This document shows positions 8,158 through 17,488 of a stretch of 64,000 bases of DNA, in pieces. The first letter of the stretch is position 1. Every line of letters starts with the position of its first letter. The notes under the pieces were generated by a model. The model was not told where the DNA came from. It did not search any database and saw nothing but the letters and a program-made list of their open reading frames with translations. A program made the position numbers and the translations under genes. The DNA lies in contig JAQWAS010000006.1 in assembly GCA_028707495.1 (NCBI GenBank), forward strand, positions 664 through 64,663, read 5' to 3'. The stretch comes from Patescibacteria group bacterium. Lineage in GTDB: Bacteria > Patescibacteriota > Patescibacteriia > UBA2591 > JAQWAS01.

Positions 8158-10032
8158 ATGAATCCAGAGAAAATAACTCAGGAATTTTTACCAGATGAAA
8201 CAAATAGACTTGACGTTTTAAATCAAGAAAATTTTAATGATTTACCAGAATATATTCAAGTAAGTCGAGAATTTAGAGATAAATTATGCGAATCGATTGA
8301 AACAGAAGGCTGGCCAGAATATCCCAATGAAAACGTAAAAGGTATTGAAGATTTTTTTAACCAAGCTAAAGATCAAGTAGATCAAAGATGGGAAAAATAT
8401 GCGACAGGGGTTTTAAGCGAAGATTTAAAAAAATGGGCTGATGAAATTCCTAATCATAAAAGCAATAAGGAAATTAAATTTTTATTATCCAATCCTGAAG
8501 AATTAGAAGAAAAATTAAAAATTAATCAATTTGGCGTTTTAGAATCTTTGAGAAATATAAAGCCAGAGGCTTGGCGAGAGTTGGTTCTTTCGGCATCAGA
8601 AAGACAATTGGCTCGTGTAGTTTTAACTCGTCATTGGATGAAAGAAATGTCTGACGAGCAATTTGAAATACTTGGTATTAATAAATCAGAAATGGAAATT
8701 TTACTTGATGCGGCTGGGATTTTTGGAAAATATATTGATCATGCTTATGTTAAACAAATTGAAATGGCTGATCGACCTGGCGGTCAAGAAAAAACACAAT
8801 TTGAAGATGATCCAGGCTCAGAATGTGTTTATGAATTTAAATCAGATCAACCAGACAAAATTGATTTAAAACCATATATTGATGTTTTTCCTTTTGAGTT
8901 CAAAAGAATAGATGTGGGTTTTAATTTTTTGTCACAAAAAGTTAGAAAATTTTTAGATCAAGGTAAATTACCAGAAGCTTATAATAATTTGCCAGATTAT
9001 TTAGAAAATATTTCTCGAAACTATATATCAGAAGAAGTTACTTTTGAAACTTTGGATAAAAATTGGAAGGAATTATATGCACAATTTGGGAAAATAAGTC
9101 AAAGCGAATGTCCACTTATGGTTATTCCTCAAGGAAATGCTTCAGTGGCAGGCGATGCTTCAAAAGTTGATATAGAATTAAGGTTAGGCGTAAAAACTTT
9201 AGAAACACGAGAGATGGAAAATGAGTTTCAAAGTTATCGACAAACAGCACAGTTCATGCTAGATAAAGTTGATACAGGACTAGATGAAAAGTATAAAATT
9301 CCTGAGGTAAATTTAAATTATCAACCTTTTGCTTTTGGGTCAGATCTTTTTTGGATGACAAGAGGCGAATCAGACGAAAAAACAATATCTTCTCATGTTA
9401 ATTCCGTAGCTGATGTGGCGATAGTTAGAGAGTTGCCACTTTTACAAAAAACATTCTTAGAAATGAAAACCGATCAAGCTGATTATACAAAATTGGCAGT
9501 TGATGAAACTGTTCGTCATGAAATTGGTCACAGTGTTGCGAGTTGGGAAGATAAAAAAGTTCTTAAAAGAATTGGCACTGGTTTTAATGCAGATGTTTTA
9601 GAAGAATTAAAAGCTGAAACACTTGGGGCTGAATTTTTTTATCAAAAAGCCATTGAAGCTAATTTAGATTCAACGGAAATTAAAAAGCATTTTTCAGCCA
9701 AGATGGGTGCGATGTGCGATTATTTAGCTAATAAAGATAAAAAAAGTGAAGCAGATAGGATATATTATTATTCAGGAGTAGCTATGTTTGATAAGCTTTT
9801 AGAACAAGGAGTTATTGTTATGTCAGAGTCGGGTCAGTATGAAATTACCGATGCTAAAAAAGGATTTGAAGTTTTAGGTGAAATAGGCAAAGACATTTTA
9901 AATAATTTTCATACTAATTCAAAGATTAAACCAAAAGAAGTTAAACAAAATTTAAAAGGATTTATTCAAGGATTAAAAGAGAAAGATAAAAAAGATCAGG
10001 TACAATCTTTTATAGAATTTTTAAAAAAATAA
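8158..10032 (+). CDS. Zinc metallopeptidase-like protein (possibly M49/DPP III-like)
   Basis: HEIGH zinc motif followed by EELKAE, similar to the EEXKAD motif of HEXXH-type M49. Confidence 0.5.
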   Translation: MNPEKITQEFLPDETNRLDVLNQENFNDLPEYIQVSREFRDKLCESIETEGWPEYPNENVKGIEDFFNQAKDQVDQRWEKYATGVLSEDLKKWADEIPNHKSNKEIKFLLSNPEELEEKLKINQFGVLESLRNIKPEAWRELVLSASERQLARVVLTRHWMKEMSDEQFEILGINKSEMEILLDAAGIFGKYIDHAYVKQIEMADRPGGQEKTQFEDDPGSECVYEFKSDQPDKIDLKPYIDVFPFEFKRIDVGFNFLSQKVRKFLDQGKLPEAYNNLPDYLENISRNYISEEVTFETLDKNWKELYAQFGKISQSECPLMVIPQGNASVAGDASKVDIELRLGVKTLETREMENEFQSYRQTAQFMLDKVDTGLDEKYKIPEVNLNYQPFAFGSDLFWMTRGESDEKTISSHVNSVADVAIVRELPLLQKTFLEMKTDQADYTKLAVDETVRHEIGHSVASWEDKKVLKRIGTGFNADVLEELKAETLGAEFFYQKAIEANLDSTEIKKHFSAKMGAMCDYLANKDKKSEADRIYYYSGVAMFDKLLEQGVIVMSESGQYEITDAKKGFEVLGEIGKDILNNFHTNSKIKPKEVKQNLKGFIQGLKEKDKKDQVQSFIEFLKK

Positions 10033-10035
10033 TTT

Positions 10036-10623
10036 ATGTCAATTGAATTTGAAGCTACCTTTGTTGATGTCGATATTGATGAGGTGCGTGTAAAATTAGA
10101 AAAATTGGGAGCGAAATTAATTCAACCAGAAAGATTGATGCGTCGGGTTATTTTTTGGCCACCCAAACAAGATGAATTAGGTTGGATGCGAGTTAGAGAT
10201 GAAGGACATAAAATTACTTTAAGTTATAAAAGATTTTTAGGTTATCAAAAAGAAAAAGTTGATATTAGTGATCAGGAAGAAATTTGTTTAGAAATTAATG
10301 ATTTTGAGCAAGGAGTTAAACTTTTAGAGATGACCGGGGCTAAAAAGAAGGCTTATCAAGAAACCAAGAGAGAAGAGTGGTTATATTTAAATAGTGAGAT
10401 TTGTCTTGATACTTGGCCGGGCTTGGAGCCATTTATAGAAATTGAAGCTCAGGACGAAGCTTTGGTTAAAAAAATTTCACAAGATTTAGATTTAGATTAT
10501 TCGCAGGCTTTGTTTGGGCCGGTACATGTAGTTTACGAAAAGAAATTAGGCATTTCAGCCGATGAAATTAATAATCATACACCTGAGATCACTTTTGACA
10601 ATCCACCACAGAAAAAGATATAA
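10036..10623 (+). CDS. CYTH / class IV adenylate cyclase-like triphosphate tunnel protein
   Basis: N-terminal ExE (IEFE), WMRVR, LSYK, KREEW, FIEIE. Confidence 0.85.
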   Translation: MSIEFEATFVDVDIDEVRVKLEKLGAKLIQPERLMRRVIFWPPKQDELGWMRVRDEGHKITLSYKRFLGYQKEKVDISDQEEICLEINDFEQGVKLLEMTGAKKKAYQETKREEWLYLNSEICLDTWPGLEPFIEIEAQDEALVKKISQDLDLDYSQALFGPVHVVYEKKLGISADEINNHTPEITFDNPPQKKI

Positions 10624-10636
10624 AATAAAAGTGCAA

Positions 10637-10711
10637 GCGGGTATCGTATAGTGGCTATTACCTCAGCTTTCCAAGCTGATGAGAGGGGTTCGATTCCCCT
10701 TACCCGCTCCA
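10637..10711 (+). tRNA. tRNA-Gly (UCC)
   Basis: TCAGC-TTTCCAA-GCTGA arm, TTCGA, CCA. Confidence 0.93.
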
Positions 10712-10825
10712 AAATTATTTAGAATTCAAAATAAATCAAAAATAGGCCAATGGCCTATTTTTGTGTGTAATTTCAAAAAATTCTAAACACTTTTTAGTTT
10801 AGCGAATAAAGAGAAAAGAGTTTAA

Positions 10826-10984
10826 TTAATCTTGTTTTGGCAAGAATTTAAACATCTTTGTGCCACAAGTTGGACAAGTTCCAGTAGCGGCACGTCTTTT
10901 GACTCCACCTTTGCCTTCAATAATAACTTCTTGTGGGTTTTTGATCTCTTTTTTAGCTTTGCATTTAACGCAATAAGCTTCCAT
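10826..10984 (-). CDS. DUF5679-like zinc-ribbon small protein (52 aa)
   Basis: Below the ORF-track cutoff. Manual translation MEAYCVKCKAKKEIKNPQEVIIEGKGGVKRRAATGTCPTCGTKMFKFLPKQD, two CxxC. Confidence 0.85.
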   Translation of the reverse strand: MEAYCVKCKAKKEIKNPQEVIIEGKGGVKRRAATGTCPTCGTKMFKFLPKQD

Positions 10985-11076
10985 GAGATTATTTGTTAAT
11001 AATTAAACTACCTTTATTTTAGCTTATTTAAGCCAAAAATGAAAGTTGATAACTTTTTCAAGCTAAATTTACCAAA

Positions 11077-11283
11077 TTATTTTAATTTATTCAAATCTTT
11101 TAGTAAATTATCTAAATCCAAATCATACATTTTACAAATATCACCTAATTTTAAAACTTGCATTTCCATTTGAGCCATAGGGCAAGAAATACACGGTACT
11201 TTATATTTAGCTAAAATTCCAACAGATTCTGGCTTAGTTAAAACTTGAGCTAAAGTTGTATTTTTATTTATTTTTTGAGTCAT
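11077..11283 (-). CDS. DUF1858-like small redox/disulfide protein
   Basis: CISCPMA..E..L..IC pattern; downstream of iscU. Confidence 0.75.
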   Translation of the reverse strand: MTQKINKNTTLAQVLTKPESVGILAKYKVPCISCPMAQMEMQVLKLGDICKMYDLDLDNLLKDLNKLK

Positions 11284-11644
11284 ATGTTTGTAAATAATTA
11301 TTAATAGCTTGAGTTAGAGCTTCACCGCCTAAAATAGAGCAGTGATATTTAATCGGCGGTAATTCGCCTAGATTTTTAGTTATTTTTTGTGCGTTTATTT
11401 TTAAGGCTTGTTTAAGTGTTTTGCCTTTGGCTAATTCGCATAACATATCCGAGGCAGCAATGGCCGCCGGACAACCATAAGTCATAAATTTAATGTCTTG
11501 AATGACATTATTTTTAATTTTTAAATATATTTTCATTATATCACCACACCGTACATTGCCAACTTCGCCGATGGCATCGGCGTTTTTAATTTCTCCGGCG
11601 AATTTGGGATTTTTAAAGCGATTGATGACTTTTTTGTTATACAT
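11264..11644 (-). CDS. iscU: Fe-S scaffold IscU/NifU
   Basis: GNVRCGD, YGCPAAIAAS, LPPIKYHCS. Confidence 0.92.
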   Translation of the reverse strand: MYNKKVINRFKNPKFAGEIKNADAIGEVGNVRCGDIMKIYLKIKNNVIQDIKFMTYGCPAAIAASDMLCELAKGKTLKQALKINAQKITKNLGELPPIKYHCSILGGEALTQAINNYLQTYDSKNK

Positions 11645-11678
11645 AAATTAAATCTTAAATGTAAAATTAAATTTTATT

Positions 11679-11838
11679 TGTCATCCCGAATTTCCGTCTG
11701 AACATCTATGGCTTTGTGTCATGCTGAATTTATTTCAGCATCTGTAATTAAGTTAAACGTTTCTTGCTCTGACAGGGTAAAAAGCATCAACAGATTCTGA
11801 AACAAGTTCAGAATGACAACTACAAAACAGAATGACAA
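11679..11838. repeat. REP/REPIN-like paired palindromes (TGTCAT...ATGACA family)
   Basis: TGTCATGCTGAATTTATTTCAGCATCTGT at 11717 and ACAGATTCTGAAACAAGTTCAGAATGACA at 11790. Confidence 0.85.
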
Positions 11839-11929
11839 TCTCTAGCGTTAATAGACTTTTAAATATCCTCCGGTTCGGCTGGTTAGTTGCCACCCTAAAT
11901 CCCACGGACATTCTGCTAAATTTTTTTAA

Positions 11930-13075
11930 CTAGTAAATCGGCGATATCTTTCTTAATTTTTGAATAATGTTTGGTAAAATTTTAATTAAATAATCAATCT
12001 CTTTTAAAGTATTAAAACGACTTAAACTAATTCTTAAGCTACTATTAGCTAGTTCATCAGATAAGCCAATAGCTTTTAAAATATAACTTGGTTCTAAGGT
12101 TAAGGCCGAGCAAGCCGACCCAGTTGAAGTGGCAATCCCTTTATCATCTAATAATTTACCCAAAGATTCGCCTTCAACACCCTTGAAAGAAAAATTGATA
12201 TTATTACACAAACGTTTTTTACCGGTTGGGCCGTTTAAATATGTATCAGGAATTTTTTGAATTTCTTTGATTAATTTATCACGCAATTGAGTCATTTTTA
12301 AAATATCTTTTTGTTTGGCTAATTCAACAGCTTTACTAAAACCAATGATTGCTGGAATGTTTTCAGTGCCGGCTCTTAATTTATGTTCATGATTACCGCC
12401 ATGTTGCCAAGGTTCAATTTGTGTACCATTTTTAACATACAAAGCGCCAATGCCTTTAGGCCCGTGGATTTTATGAGCATTTAAACTAACCAAATCTAGA
12501 TTAAATTTTTTAACATCAATTTCGGTTTTAGTATAGCTTTGACAAGCATCAGTATGAAAATAGATTTTGTGTTGAGCACAAATTTTACCAACAGCTTCTA
12601 AATCTTGAAGAGTGCCAATTTCGTTATTGGCATGAATAATTGAAATCAAAATAGTTTTGGGAGTGATGGTTTTTTTGAGTTCATTTAAATCAATAAAACC
12701 GTGTTTATCAACTGGCAAATAAGTAATTTTAAAGCCTTGAGTAGTTAACCATTTACAAGAGTTTAAAACAGCTTTATGTTCAATTTGAGTGGTAATAAGA
12801 TGATTACCCTTTTTTTTATTAGCCCAAGCGATCCCTTTCAAGGCTAAATTATCACTTTCAGTTCCGCCAGAAGTAAAAATTATTTCGTTAGGTTTGGCCT
12901 TGATTGATTGAGCAATAATTAAACGACTTTTTTCTAAATCCTTTTTAGATTTTAAACCACAAGTGTGCAATGAGGAGGCATTGCCATAAAAATTCATTAA
13001 ATATGGTTGCATAGCTTTAACAACTTGCAGATCAGTTTGGGTTGTGGCCGCGTTATCAAAATAAATATGTTTCAT
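11930..13075 (-). CDS. iscS: Cysteine desulfurase
   Basis: YFDNAATT, FTSGGTE, AHKIHGPKG, STGSACS. Confidence 0.95.
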   Translation of the reverse strand: MKHIYFDNAATTQTDLQVVKAMQPYLMNFYGNASSLHTCGLKSKKDLEKSRLIIAQSIKAKPNEIIFTSGGTESDNLALKGIAWANKKKGNHLITTQIEHKAVLNSCKWLTTQGFKITYLPVDKHGFIDLNELKKTITPKTILISIIHANNEIGTLQDLEAVGKICAQHKIYFHTDACQSYTKTEIDVKKFNLDLVSLNAHKIHGPKGIGALYVKNGTQIEPWQHGGNHEHKLRAGTENIPAIIGFSKAVELAKQKDILKMTQLRDKLIKEIQKIPDTYLNGPTGKKRLCNNINFSFKGVEGESLGKLLDDKGIATSTGSACSALTLEPSYILKAIGLSDELANSSLRISLSRFNTLKEIDYLIKILPNIIQKLRKISPIY

Positions 13076-13175
13076 AAAATTTTATTTAAGATTGTTTTAA
13101 ATATAGCATAGAACAGTTTTTTTTTCAATTTTAAAAGCCATTTCAAAAATTTAAAATGGCTTTTAATAATGTGTT

Positions 13176-13505
13176 TTACAATGTATTTAGGATATCGTTT
13201 TTTAAGGCATCTTTTTGTCTTAAACCAACAAATTCTTTAATAGAGATGCCATTTTTGAATAATTTCATCGCTGGAATGCTTTGAATTTGATATTCTTCAA
13301 CTAATTGTTGGTTAGCTTCGGCACTAATATCAACTTTTACAATTTTAACTTTATCAACTAAATCTTGAGCGAGTTCATCTAAAATTGGTCCCATCATTTG
13401 GCAAGGGCCACACCATGGTGCCCAAAAATCAACCAAAACAGGTAAGTCTGATTTTAAAACTTCAGACTCAAAATTATCCTGAGAAATATTTAATGCTTGT
13501 GACAT
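13176..13505 (-). CDS. trxA: Thioredoxin
   Basis: WAPWCGPC. Confidence 0.95.
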   Translation of the reverse strand: MSQALNISQDNFESEVLKSDLPVLVDFWAPWCGPCQMMGPILDELAQDLVDKVKIVKVDISAEANQQLVEEYQIQSIPAMKLFKNGISIKEFVGLRQKDALKNDILNTL

Positions 13506-13541
13506 AAGATTATTGATTATTAATTAAGAATTATAGTTTTT

Positions 13542-13695
13542 TGTCATTCTGAATTTAACGAAGTGAAATGAAGAATCCCGTGAGACCTGCCTGCCGGCAG
13601 GCAGGTAACGAACCAATGTTTTAAAGTGTTTTTTGCAAACCTCACGGGATTCTATCAGTCGCCTGCTGAATCGGCAGGCTCCTTCCAGAATGACA
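13542..13695. repeat. REP-like palindrome with nested CCTGCCTGCCGGCAGGCAGG insert
   Basis: TGTCATTCTG...CAGAATGACA ends; inner GAATCCCGTGAG/CTCACGGGATTC stem. Confidence 0.85.
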
Positions 13696-13704
13696 GCTTT
13701 TAAA

Positions 13705-14850
13705 TTAATTTATACCAATTAAATAATAAAAACCTAAACCTAAAAGTAGTATTGCCTCAATCAAAGTAATCCACACAACAAATTTTTGCGAACCCAATCT
13801 AATTTTCATAGTAAAAACCGCGATAACAAAAATTACAATTTCATCCAACATATAGAAAAAGACAAATAAGGTAATACACAAAACATAGCTTAGGGCAGTT
13901 AAATTAGCTTGAGAGAGCAGGCCGGCATAAAAAAGTGGTAAGGCGGCTGAGCAAGGGAACTCAATTAAGGTAATAACACCAGCAAAAACAATAATCGCGC
14001 CAACGAGACTTAAGGTGCGACTGGGTTGGGTGAAGGCAGATTTTAATTTAGTTGAAATTTTAGTCATAGCCTGACTCATACCACAATTGGGGCCATATTT
14101 TAACATACGAATAAATTGATAAATTAAATAAATTCCGCCGATTAAGCCAAGACAACCAATTACAACTTCCATGGAGCGCAAATAATTACCTAAAATATTA
14201 AAAAGTTTATACCAAAAGCCAATCAATAAACCATATAAAATAGCCGTTGTTAAAATAAAAGTTAAACCTAGACCAAATATTTTTTTACGTGATTTTAGGG
14301 TCAAAACTAGACCTAAAATAAAAACCAAAGCACCCAGAGAGCACACATTAAAACCATCAAAAAAGCCGAACATAACTGCTAAAATTGGTAAGGAATATTT
14401 TTCAATATCTATGTGGCCAATAATTGGTAGATGAATATCATTTTCGTCATCATCTTGACATTCAGTATTAGATTCTTGTTGTTGATCAGTTAGATAATCA
14501 ATTTTATTTTGTAGGTTAATTTGAGTTGTTTGGCCAAAACCTAAAAGGTATTCATCTTGGATAAAAGTTATTGGTACCAAGCCATGGATATTTTGAGGCA
14601 CATTATATTGCTGATAAAAACTTTTTAGCAGATCAACATTTTCTGATTGAGCCAATGAATAATAATTAATTTTTAAATCACAACCCTCTTTTTCTGTTTT
14701 CTGTAAAAAGCTTTTTTCTTGGGCACAATGGGGGCAAGACTCACTATAAAAAAAATTAATTTCATTATTAATTTCTTGTGCCAAAGTTAATTTAGGCAGC
14801 CAAGTTAAGCTGACTAAGATTAAAACTAAACTTAAAAATAATTTTTTCAT
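13705..14850 (-). CDS. Glutaredoxin-like domain fused to a DsbD/CcdA-like membrane domain
   Basis: Signal peptide, CPHC, DGFNVCS, IEFPCS, multiple TMs. Confidence 0.75.
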   Translation of the reverse strand: MKKLFLSLVLILVSLTWLPKLTLAQEINNEINFFYSESCPHCAQEKSFLQKTEKEGCDLKINYYSLAQSENVDLLKSFYQQYNVPQNIHGLVPITFIQDEYLLGFGQTTQINLQNKIDYLTDQQQESNTECQDDDENDIHLPIIGHIDIEKYSLPILAVMFGFFDGFNVCSLGALVFILGLVLTLKSRKKIFGLGLTFILTTAILYGLLIGFWYKLFNILGNYLRSMEVVIGCLGLIGGIYLIYQFIRMLKYGPNCGMSQAMTKISTKLKSAFTQPSRTLSLVGAIIVFAGVITLIEFPCSAALPLFYAGLLSQANLTALSYVLCITLFVFFYMLDEIVIFVIAVFTMKIRLGSQKFVVWITLIEAILLLGLGFYYLIGIN

Positions 14851-14934
14851 ATTTGAAAATTATAATATTTTTTAAACTTTATTTCAAGTTAATCAAAAAA
14901 TCCCACCAAGGGCGTGGGAAATTTTGACAAGATT

Positions 14935-15132
14935 TTATCTTGGTCGGGTCATTTTGGCTCCGCATTTAGGGCAGTCACATTCATAGCAGGGACAGCCTCT
15001 TTGATGATCAATTTTTTCGCCACAAGAAGGGCAAACACATTGACCATCTGGACCTAAACCTTGACCTTGAGGTTGTCGTCCTCGTCCTTGACCAAATCCT
15101 AGACCACGACCAGGTGCATTTGTATTAGGCAT
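14935..15132 (-). CDS. Small Gly-rich/Cys-rich metal-binding protein
   Basis: GRGLGFGQGRGR, then CVCPSCG..GCPC..CPKCG. Confidence 0.7.
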   Translation of the reverse strand: MPNTNAPGRGLGFGQGRGRQPQGQGLGPDGQCVCPSCGEKIDHQRGCPCYECDCPKCGAKMTRPR

Positions 15133-15157
15133 ATGTTTTTTAGTTAAAAATTAGTAA

Positions 15158-15454
15158 TTATTTTTTTAATCTATAATTGCCACCATCAACTTTAATAGCT
15201 GAACCATTGATTAGGGCTTGGGCAATTTTTTTCTGGGCTGAAACTAAAACGCGATGAAAGGTTGAACGTGAAACTTGCATTTTTTTAGCAGCTTGTTCTT
15301 CGGTTAACTCTTGAATGTCATGCAAACGAATAGCTTCTATTTCTTCAAAAGTTAATTGAATTTCGGTTAAATTTTTAAGACGTTGACCAGCTGGTTTAAA
15401 ATAAGTACAGCGTGGTTGTTGGCCGATGCGTCTGCATCTACACGGTCTAGGCAT
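15158..15454 (-). CDS. DUF134 (UPF0251) HTH DNA-binding protein
   Basis: MPRPCRCRRI..YFKPAG..EEIEAIRL..AAKKMQVSRSTF; start set at MPRP. Confidence 0.88.
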   Translation of the reverse strand: MPRPCRCRRIGQQPRCTYFKPAGQRLKNLTEIQLTFEEIEAIRLHDIQELTEEQAAKKMQVSRSTFHRVLVSAQKKIAQALINGSAIKVDGGNYRLKK

Positions 15455-15482
15455 AAAATTATTTTTAAAGTTATCCACAGTT

Positions 15483-15530
15483 ATGAACATATGTTCATTA
15501 TTATTATAGCAAAGTTATCAACAATGTCAA
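15483..15530 (-). promoter_or_regulatory. Sigma70-type promoter and palindromic operator for the DUF134 gene
   Basis: TTGACA (15530-15525), 16-nt spacer, TATAAT (15508-15503) with extended -10 TG; perfect palindrome ATGAACATATGTTCAT at 15483-15498. Confidence 0.65.
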
Positions 15531-15591
15531 GAGTTTGTTCTATTTAAAATTATGATATAATAAAAATAACTTAATTTTTAATTTTAAAAAT

Positions 15592-16503
15592 ATGCAACAA
15601 CAAAAAAATTCACCTAACTCTAATGGAATTTTTGGATTTTTATCTGTTATAATTGTTTTTTTACTTGTTTTATCTCCAACTTTAATTAAATCAATAATCA
15701 GTGGATCTAAGAGTGGGGTTGACGGTGGTATTGTTGGAATTGTGGCAATTATAATTATGTTTTTAAGTTTAGCGGTTATTGTTGGGTTAGGTGGTTTACG
15801 TGTAATTAATCAGTATGAGCGTGCGGTTGTTTTAACACTAGGCAAATATACAGGAACTAGAAACCCAGGATTAACTTGGATATTTCCTGGTATTCAAAGA
15901 ATTATTAAACCAGATTTAAGAATAACTACTGTTGATATTCCTCAACAAGAAGTAATTACCAAAGATAATGTTACGGTAGGTATAAATGCAGTAGTTTATT
16001 TTCGTGTTGCTATTCCAGAAAGAGCAGTTTTAGAAATTCAAGATTATTCGCGAGCCGTAGCTTTATATGCTCAAGCTACATTAAGAGATATCGTTGGTGG
16101 AGTTGAATTAGACGCATTTTTATCAGAGAGAGATAAAATTGCTGATGAAATAAAAAAAATTGTTGATGTAGCTACTGATCCTTGGGGAATTGATGTAACT
16201 ATAATTAAAATTCAAGATATTGAATTGCCAGCTGACATGAAACGAGCAATGGCCAAACAGGCAGAAACAGAAAGAGAGAGAAGGGCAGTAATTATTAAAG
16301 CCCATGGAGAATTAAGTGCTTCAGAAAATTTAAAAAAAGCAGCTGAAAATTTAACTTCAGTTCCTGGAGGTTTATCATTAAGAACCTTGGCAACTATTGA
16401 AAATATTAATCCCGATCCATCAAAAATGGTTATCTTTGCTTTACCAGTTGAAGTTTTAGAAGGGTTTAAATCTTTACAAAATTTAAAAGAAAAACAAAAA
16501 TGA
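15592..16503 (+). CDS. SPFH/band-7 (stomatin-like) protein
   Basis: QYERAVV, QEVITKDNV, AMAKQAETERERRA. Confidence 0.92.
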   Translation: MQQQKNSPNSNGIFGFLSVIIVFLLVLSPTLIKSIISGSKSGVDGGIVGIVAIIIMFLSLAVIVGLGGLRVINQYERAVVLTLGKYTGTRNPGLTWIFPGIQRIIKPDLRITTVDIPQQEVITKDNVTVGINAVVYFRVAIPERAVLEIQDYSRAVALYAQATLRDIVGGVELDAFLSERDKIADEIKKIVDVATDPWGIDVTIIKIQDIELPADMKRAMAKQAETERERRAVIIKAHGELSASENLKKAAENLTSVPGGLSLRTLATIENINPDPSKMVIFALPVEVLEGFKSLQNLKEKQK

Positions 16504-16760
16504 TATCAAAAAATATATTTGAAATAGAAGATATTTTTTCTATTGAAGGAATAGGAATTATTGTTGCTGGAACATTAAAAAATGGTAATATTTTGAAAGG
16601 GATGAAAACAATTATAAACGGTAAGACAGCCGAAGTTGCTAGCATTGAACAATATCATAAAAAAATTGATATGATTGATGCAGTAGGAAGTTCAGCTGGT
16701 TTATTGTTAAAAGGAGTTGAAAAAAAAGATATTTCTTTGGGAGAAATTTTTTTACAATAA
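16500..16760 (+). CDS. Stand-alone EF-Tu domain II-like beta-barrel protein
   Basis: IEDIFSIEGIGIIVAG..G..SIEQYHK..GLLLKGV; ATGA overlap with the SPFH gene. Confidence 0.6.
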   Translation: MISKNIFEIEDIFSIEGIGIIVAGTLKNGNILKGMKTIINGKTAEVASIEQYHKKIDMIDAVGSSAGLLLKGVEKKDISLGEIFLQ

Positions 16761-16818
16761 TAAATAAAAAATCAGCCAACCTTTTTATAGATAAATTGGC
16801 TGATTTTTTATTTAAAAA

Positions 16819-17469
16819 TTATTTGATAATATTTAAAAATTCTTTAATTAATTTATTAGTTTTTTCATTTAAATAATAAAAATCTTTCCATAAAACAACG
16901 ATATCAGCATTATTTAACACAGAACTTTTAATTTCTTGAATTGTATCGCCACCAGCTACAGAAATAAAAATTTTATTATAACTACCTTTAATTTGTTTAA
17001 TTTGATAATAGGGAATTAATTTTTCATTATTTTTTGTTTCGTCAACTCCTCTATGCAAGATAACTGCATCGGGCAAAGTTTTTAGTTTTTTTAAAATTAA
17101 AAGAGGATTTTCAACATTCATCATATCAATCATTGAATCAATATGATAATGGTCACATAATTCAATAAATTGTTTGATAGTTTCAATTGGTGCTACGCCT
17201 AAACAAGTAATAGCATTGGCACCGGCTTGAGCAAATAATTCTACTTCTCTATAAGCAAGATCGGCACACTTAGTATCAGCAACAAAATAAGAAGATGGGG
17301 CCACTTTTTTTAAGGTTGCTACGGCAAGTGCGCCATAAATTTTAATTAAAGGTGTTCCAATTTCAATTAAAATTCTTGGTGAAATAGGCAATTTAGAAAT
17401 AATAGCTTGTGCATTATTTAAATTACTATTGAGAGCAATTTGAATATATTTTTGGTGTCTTTGTAACAT
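16819..17469 (-). CDS. 3-hexulose-6-phosphate synthase-like (OMPDC/HPS barrel), copy 2
   Basis: IEIGTPLIK, ADTKCAD, DMMNV, LHRGVDE, VAGG. Confidence 0.75.
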   Translation of the reverse strand: MLQRHQKYIQIALNSNLNNAQAIISKLPISPRILIEIGTPLIKIYGALAVATLKKVAPSSYFVADTKCADLAYREVELFAQAGANAITCLGVAPIETIKQFIELCDHYHIDSMIDMMNVENPLLILKKLKTLPDAVILHRGVDETKNNEKLIPYYQIKQIKGSYNKIFISVAGGDTIQEIKSSVLNNADIVVLWKDFYYLNEKTNKLIKEFLNIIK

Positions 17470-17488
17470 AATTATTATTTAACAAAAA

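Noticed and set aside
11850-11915. GC-richer stem-loop between iscS and iscU as a riboswitch
   Set aside because: Only a short closing stem (AATGTCC/GGATATT) is visible and it matches no aptamer I recognise.
15471-15479. Perfect DnaA box as an origin
   Set aside because: A single isolated box far from dnaA; at most regulatory.
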